Below the pieces are notes generated by a model, which saw only the letters and a program-made list of their open reading frames with translations, was not told the DNA's origin and ran no database searches. From Moniliella sp. 'wahieum' (lineage: Eukaryota), in the NCBI GenBank assembly GCA_003971905.1, contig RSEE01000096.1, positions 124,001 to 188,000 of the forward strand: 64,000 nucleotides of DNA, in the 5' to 3' direction. Positions 63,401 to 64,000 of this stretch are shown here, in pieces; position 1 is the stretch's first letter, and each line of letters starts with the position of its first letter. Position numbers and translations under genes: made by a program.

Positions 63401-64000
63401 GATCCGAACCAGGCTTACCGCAAAGATTCATCTCTGCCTTCTGCATCGCCTTTCTCTGGCATGAACACCACTGCACATCCAACCCAGGCTTCACCAGAGA
63501 GGAAGAGGGAAGCACTGCCGTACATTTCTATCTCGCACAATTCGCTCCTGCATCCATTCTCTCCTTCCTCGTCTTCTTTCTCTCTTCGGTCTCTGTCAAA
63601 GGAGAACATGATTCCCACTTCGCAAGCACCGGTCAAAACTACAGATTTGTCCTCCCCATCTTCCACTTTACCTTTGATTTCTTTGCCCAAACGAAGGCGT
63701 TTCCGGCTGGGGAAAAGGAAGGAAAGAAGTCTGGAGGCCTTCGTTAAAAATGAGAAGTCTCTTCATGACACAATTTTGCATCAATTCGAGTCGAAGGACG
63801 CTTCACCACAGTGGAGTCCTCCTCCCCCACTTCCAAAGGCCAATTCTACGCCTACGCAGCTCCTTGAGCCTGATGCCGCGTTCGATCCGCAATCCACTGT
63901 TCATCTTAAACCCACCGTTGTGGAGGGTGGAGAGGGATCCACTTCTTCTCCGGGCACATCATCAGTGGGTTGGCAATTCCGTACCCCATCTTCTGCAAGC
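60422..64000 (+). CDS. DUF1765/UPF0592 family protein (Ahk1-like), runs off the window end
   Basis: FAGRLLALCFFRI, YWLRRWQSDDSEVVFSFY, LIKRTSLYDVQGIF, ADHTIALMRTIAFCYSHF, FVKLFLSWSFSLRMYFFNTLVFRL; probable intron 62659-62749. Family assigned from recalled motifs. Confidence 0.7.

Overview
Eukaryotic, GC-rich, intron-poor fungal DNA, most likely a basidiomycete (inferred from a zinc-finger-less White Collar-1, GTACGT/GTAAGT donors with CT(A/G)AC branch points, and intron-containing tRNAs). Recognisable genes: L-type lectin cargo receptor, PPE1, NUP53, RIM2, a zinc-finger DnaJ, hydroxyacid-oxoacid transhydrogenase, a class III chitin synthase, the WC-1 blue-light receptor and a DUF1765 protein, plus several low-complexity hypothetical genes. 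There are two intron-containing tRNAs (Ile-AAT, elongator Met-CAT). Nearly every conserved gene carries small frameshifts, which look like uncorrected assembly indels, so CDS coordinates are approximate. The best candidate for something undescribed is a complete, very young Ty1/copia retrotransposon (33848-38899; 160-bp LTRs differing at one base; CATTG target duplication). Its gag and pol are in frame but separated by one UAG at the gag/protease boundary (possible readthrough), it has no canonical primer-binding site, and its LTR carries tandem Gcn4/AP-1-type sites. A second unexplained structure is a ~135-bp repeat family near 55.5-57.8 kb: one + copy facing three tandem - copies.
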